Below, piece after piece: positions 60,810-64,000 of a stretch of DNA of 64,000 nt (within the stretch, counting starts at the first letter, position 1; each line of letters opens with the position of its first letter). The stretch comes from Candidatus Obscuribacterales bacterium (GTDB taxonomy: Bacteria > Cyanobacteriota > Vampirovibrionia > Obscuribacterales > Obscuribacteraceae). The DNA lies in contig CBDDIJ010000005.1 of assembly GCA_965228855.1 (NCBI GenBank), positions 1,184,001-1,248,000 on the forward strand, given 5' to 3'. The notes beneath the pieces were generated by a model. That model was given only the letters and a program-made list of their open reading frames with translations, had not been told where the DNA came from and did not search any database. A program made the translations under genes and the position numbers.

Positions 60810-60827
60810 ATCACCCTCTAGGGTGAT
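60810..60827. promoter_or_regulatory. Operator-like palindrome
   Basis: ATCACCCT-CT-AGGGTGAT is a perfect 8-bp inverted repeat in a long intergenic region. Confidence 0.4.
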
Positions 60828-61295
60828 AGTGCTTAATTGCGCTAACTGAAGTTTGAAAAAAATGAGCATTCATGCGTTATTTCACAGATCGAATCATTTC
60901 CGGCTGAAATGAGACTCACGGAAAGGGACGGCAAAAGCCGCTTTCGCAAGCCGCACATCGCAAGACGGCTACGCTGTGCGCTAATCCTTAGATAGAGCGA
61001 AAAAAATTTCTCAATCGGCGGCAAAAAGTCAGGACGAGCTCAGGGTTCCGTCAACGAAACGACGCGGACAGTTTCACCGTGCAAACATGGGCGTTTCGCG
61101 CGTCTTCCAGAATTAGAATCGCGAATCCCAGCCGGTAGCACGGGGTTTAGTAATCTTTCGTTACCTGAATAGCATCCGAGGGCGCCAATTCGTAAAGGTC
61201 AAGTTGCTCAATTCCCGACCGCTATACAGGAGCCAGCGCACCTCAGATACAAGTTTCCTGCCCACTTTCTCAACCGGAATAAACCAGTTATAAGA

Positions 61296-61480
61296 CATCG
61301 AGAACGCAATACAATTCTCGATGATACTACTACTGGTATCACACCGCGCAGATGTGACGGTGGAGACCTGGAACTATCTGATCAGTTACATCGCTGGATC
61401 GCTGCCTGTGTGCGATTCGAGAGTGAGCCCATACTGCGGCTCGCGCTAGGCAAAACACCTTTGCAAGCGCAGCTGCGCAA
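61296..61480 (+). promoter_or_regulatory. Multi-hairpin leader upstream of YD micro-gene
   Basis: Stems CATCGAGAA/TTCTCGATG, TGATAC/GTATCA, GATGTGAC/GTTACATC, ATCGC/GCGAT, GTGAGCC/GGCTCGC and GCAAA/TTTGC. Confidence 0.4.
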
Positions 61481-61513
61481 CCCGATGCACCAAGCCAAAC
61501 AAGGAACGAAAAA

Positions 61514-61660
61514 ATGAGCGACTCCGCAACCTACGAGTACGACACAAGAGGTCGTCTCAAGAAGATCACCTACCTCAACGGTACGACCATCCAGTACAAC
61601 TATGACAACGCGGGCAACCGCACGTCCGTGGTGACGACCTGCAGCGGCAGCGGATGCTGA
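61514..61660 (+). CDS. 48-aa stand-alone YD/RHS-repeat micro-protein (below the ORF track cutoff)
   Basis: AAGGA RBS; MSDSATYEYDTRGRLKKITYLNGTTIQYNYDNAGNRTSVVTTCSGSGC contains two canonical YD repeats. Confidence 0.85.
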   Translation: MSDSATYEYDTRGRLKKITYLNGTTIQYNYDNAGNRTSVVTTCSGSGC

Positions 61661-61676
61661 GCTTGCTGGTACACCT

Positions 61677-61970
61677 GATGTTTGTTTAGTGACGTAATCG
61701 CCTCAGCGGTTTCGTCACACCATAGTAGTTGCTGCGATTTCAATACAGCTGTTTGGTCAGAACTTCAGTAATCGCTGAGGTCCTCCGCAGCTGTTGACGT
61801 TCGCGCTTAGCGGCGCGCAAATCAAAACATCCTCAACCGGCCGCTCGAAAAGTTCTCGAAGAAAATTCCTTATAGCGATTCGCGCCGAGCCGCATCCATT
61901 GAATTGGATGCGGCGTCTTCGTGCGCCCGCATGAGGAGCGAGATTGGAGCGGCCATCAACCGAAAGATGG
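61677..61970 (+). ncRNA. Putative structured cis-regulatory RNA / ncRNA of unknown class
   Basis: Nested stems with loop-loop complementarity (61701-61711 with 61770-61780), then a 116-nt rod hairpin (61839-61954). G-U pairs favour the + strand. Confidence 0.5.
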
Positions 61971-61980
61971 AATCACCAAT

Positions 61981-64000
61981 ATGCCGACAAAAGACAAGCC
62001 GAAGCGTTCCGAAGTCCAGACTCCCGGACTTTACGCCACCCCCAAGCAGCGCTCAGTGAGCCCGAGCGCGGCTCGTCCGATGATCGAAGGACGAACAATG
62101 CCAGGCAACATTTATGTTCCAGGCAAAACCCCCTCTCCCAGAGCAGCGATTTCGGGAGTCTCGGACACGGCGATCGTTTTGAATACGACCGCAAATGCCC
62201 TGGATATTCCCGGCGGACAGGTCGACTTGCTCAACGGACAAGACAATTTGCTCGACGGGCAGGTCGACTTGCTCGAAGGCAAGCAGAACAAACCCGAGAT
62301 TCTGGCGGCGACTTCGCCGGGTTTTGCGAGCAACCGTTCCAGCGGTCCGGAGAGCATCACCGAAATGGCCCGTGCTCTCAAAAACGACGTTGATCTGATC
62401 TTCAACTTCGTCCACGACAACATCGAATTCATCCCGACTTTCGGCAGCCAGAAGGGCGCGCTGGGCACGCTCATCGACGGCTTCGGCAACGCCTTCGATC
62501 AGTCCGAATTGATGATCGCGCTCCTGCGCGAAAGTGGTGCCTATACGTGCAGCTTCCAGTTCGGCGAACTCCAGCTTACCGCAGCACAGGCCGCCGCATG
62601 GCTCGGTAACGACCCGGGCAGCATCTGGGCGGCATCGAACCTGCTGGGTAACCTCGGCGTCCCCAACGAGACGAGCTGGACCGGCACCGAATGGGTTCTG
62701 CGCCTCAGCCACTGCTGGGTGAAGGTTCTCATCGCCGGCACTTACTACCACTTCGACCCGGCGATGAAGGCCTACACGAAGATTGACGGCATCGACCTCG
62801 CCACGGCGATCGGTTACAACGCCACGACCTTCATGTCGAGTGCCACCAGCGGCGCCACCATCACCTCCAACTACGCCCAGAACCTGAATCGCACGAATGT
62901 GCGAAACAACCTGGCGACGATGGCGAACACGCTGGTCACCTACATCAATACGAACGCACCGACCGCGACGACCGACGATATCCTCGGCGGTCGCACCATC
63001 GACAAGCAGACCACCCAGCTGCGCCAGACCGCCCTGCCGTATCTGCGCCCAAGCACGACGCCGACCACCTGGACGGACATCCCGAACAGCTACAAGGCAA
63101 CACTCGGGGTGCTCTATGACACCATCAACGTGAGTTTCTACTCAAAGGACATCCACGGCAAGCGACTCACGCTGTTCTTCAACGCCTCGCATCAGGCTGA
63201 GCTGCGTCTCGATGGCACGCTGATCGCAACCAGCAGCGCTCAGACGCCGGGCAGCTGGAACTCAGTCCTGCTCTCGATAACGCATCCCTATCCCTACACG
63301 TGGTGGGACCAGAGCTTCTGGCAAACGGTTTGGGAAGGCAAGCCCTACCTGATCGCGCAAGCCTGGGGTAATGCCGGTCGCAACATGACCGAGATTCACC
63401 GCGAGAGACTCAACCAGGCGATCTACAACGGCTCGGCGTCCGACTCTGAAGTGGTGCTCGGCGAAGCTCTCTCCGTGCGCTGGCACACCTGGAACTCACA
63501 GAAGAGCTGGACGTGCGACGTCTTCAATCGCATGACCCAGTGCACGACGGTACTCCAGCACCAGGTCGGTATGGTCGGCTGGTACGACACTCCGATTATG
63601 GACCTCGGCGGCATCGAATGGTCGAGCGGCGCCCTCGATAACAACTACGATAACGTCAATACCAACGACACCGCGCTCGCCATGCACGGCATCGCCTTCG
63701 AAGCCGGCACCATCGAGCAGATCTGCGGCATCGGCGGCATCAGCTCAACGACGATCCTCGACAAGGCCGTCCAGGACGGCAAGAAGATCTACCACGGACG
63801 CAGCGACAACTGGTCCGCAAGCGTTCGACCGAACCTGACCAACTACGATAGCCAGACTCTCGATGACATCGAAAACTGGTACCTCAACTATGGTTGGAAG
63901 GTTGCGATTCCTGAGGACGGAAATGTCGCCGTTCAGGACTTCCGAGGTTTCGGCTACTACGCAATCAGTCCCTGGCAGGGCGCAATCGGCATCTTCAGCG
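61981..64000 (+). CDS. Large protein (3'-partial) with N-terminal transglutaminase-like domain; probable RHS/YD-repeat giant protein
   Basis: Open for 673 codons to the window end; absent from the track because it has no stop. Contains ARALKND...FNFVHDNI...GSQKGA.GTL..GNAFDQ..L.IALLRESG...HCWV...FDP, then FE...IEQ....SSTT.LD.A...G..IY. Confidence 0.85.
   Translation, partial: MPTKDKPKRSEVQTPGLYATPKQRSVSPSAARPMIEGRTMPGNIYVPGKTPSPRAAISGVSDTAIVLNTTANALDIPGGQVDLLNGQDNLLDGQVDLLEGKQNKPEILAATSPGFASNRSSGPESITEMARALKNDVDLIFNFVHDNIEFIPTFGSQKGALGTLIDGFGNAFDQSELMIALLRESGAYTCSFQFGELQLTAAQAAAWLGNDPGSIWAASNLLGNLGVPNETSWTGTEWVLRLSHCWVKVLIAGTYYHFDPAMKAYTKIDGIDLATAIGYNATTFMSSATSGATITSNYAQNLNRTNVRNNLATMANTLVTYINTNAPTATTDDILGGRTIDKQTTQLRQTALPYLRPSTTPTTWTDIPNSYKATLGVLYDTINVSFYSKDIHGKRLTLFFNASHQAELRLDGTLIATSSAQTPGSWNSVLLSITHPYPYTWWDQSFWQTVWEGKPYLIAQAWGNAGRNMTEIHRERLNQAIYNGSASDSEVVLGEALSVRWHTWNSQKSWTCDVFNRMTQCTTVLQHQVGMVGWYDTPIMDLGGIEWSSGALDNNYDNVNTNDTALAMHGIAFEAGTIEQICGIGGISSTTILDKAVQDGKKIYHGRSDNWSASVRPNLTNYDSQTLDDIENWYLNYGWKVAIPEDGNVAVQDFRGFGYYAISPWQGAIGIFS
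62215..62277 (+). repeat. 3 x 21-nt imperfect tandem repeat (GQVDLLN/GQDNLLD/GQVDLLE)
   Basis: GGACAGGTCGACTTGCTCAAC / GGACAAGACAATTTGCTCGAC / GGGCAGGTCGACTTGCTCGAA. Confidence 0.8.

Noticed and set aside
60901..60980. GAAAGGGACGGCAAAAGCC resembling part of a c-di-GMP-I riboswitch
   Set aside because: Lacks the upstream GCAAA segment of the first hairpin and the second hairpin with its tetraloop receptor; partial resemblance only.
60842..61024. 60-aa minus-strand ORF in the long intergenic region
   Set aside because: No RBS, no codon bias and no recognisable motif.
61944..63687. Several short ORFs on both strands listed in the track
   Set aside because: All overlap the uninterrupted + frame from 61981, which has strong codon bias and recognisable motifs.

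Overview
Bacterial chromosomal window. A de novo purine cluster (purN partial, purL, purQ, purM, purH, purE, purK; 3-8972) is followed by a mosaic of signalling and accessory genes. These include a two-component pair, Hpt and receiver proteins, two Ser/Thr kinases, an FHA protein, REC-GGDEF-EAL, DUF4388 and multi-MshEN/TPR proteins, an RND efflux pair, mutM, cax, gdhA, a macrodomain protein, an amidase and an orphan N6-adenine methyltransferase. The kinase-rich, MshEN/DUF4388/TPR-rich gene style suggests a non-photosynthetic Cyanobacteria relative (Melainabacteria/Obscuribacterales-like); this is an inference, not a classification. The most unusual part is the last ~3.4 kb, which the ORF track misses. 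It holds a ~890-nt non-coding region rich in inverted repeats, a stand-alone 48-aa YD/RHS-repeat micro-protein (61514-61660) and a ~300-nt structured spacer with a predicted kissing-loop junction and a 116-nt rod hairpin. A large ORF then runs from 61981 off the window end, with a Cys-less transglutaminase-like domain resembling the N-terminus of giant RHS-type proteins. Other oddities are a decapitated SugE/SMR gene lying in frame behind the upstream stop codon, a nuclease-less tandem Mrr_N protein and an FHA protein ending in an apparently dead restriction-endonuclease fold. No tRNA, rRNA, CRISPR array, integrase or transposase was recognised.
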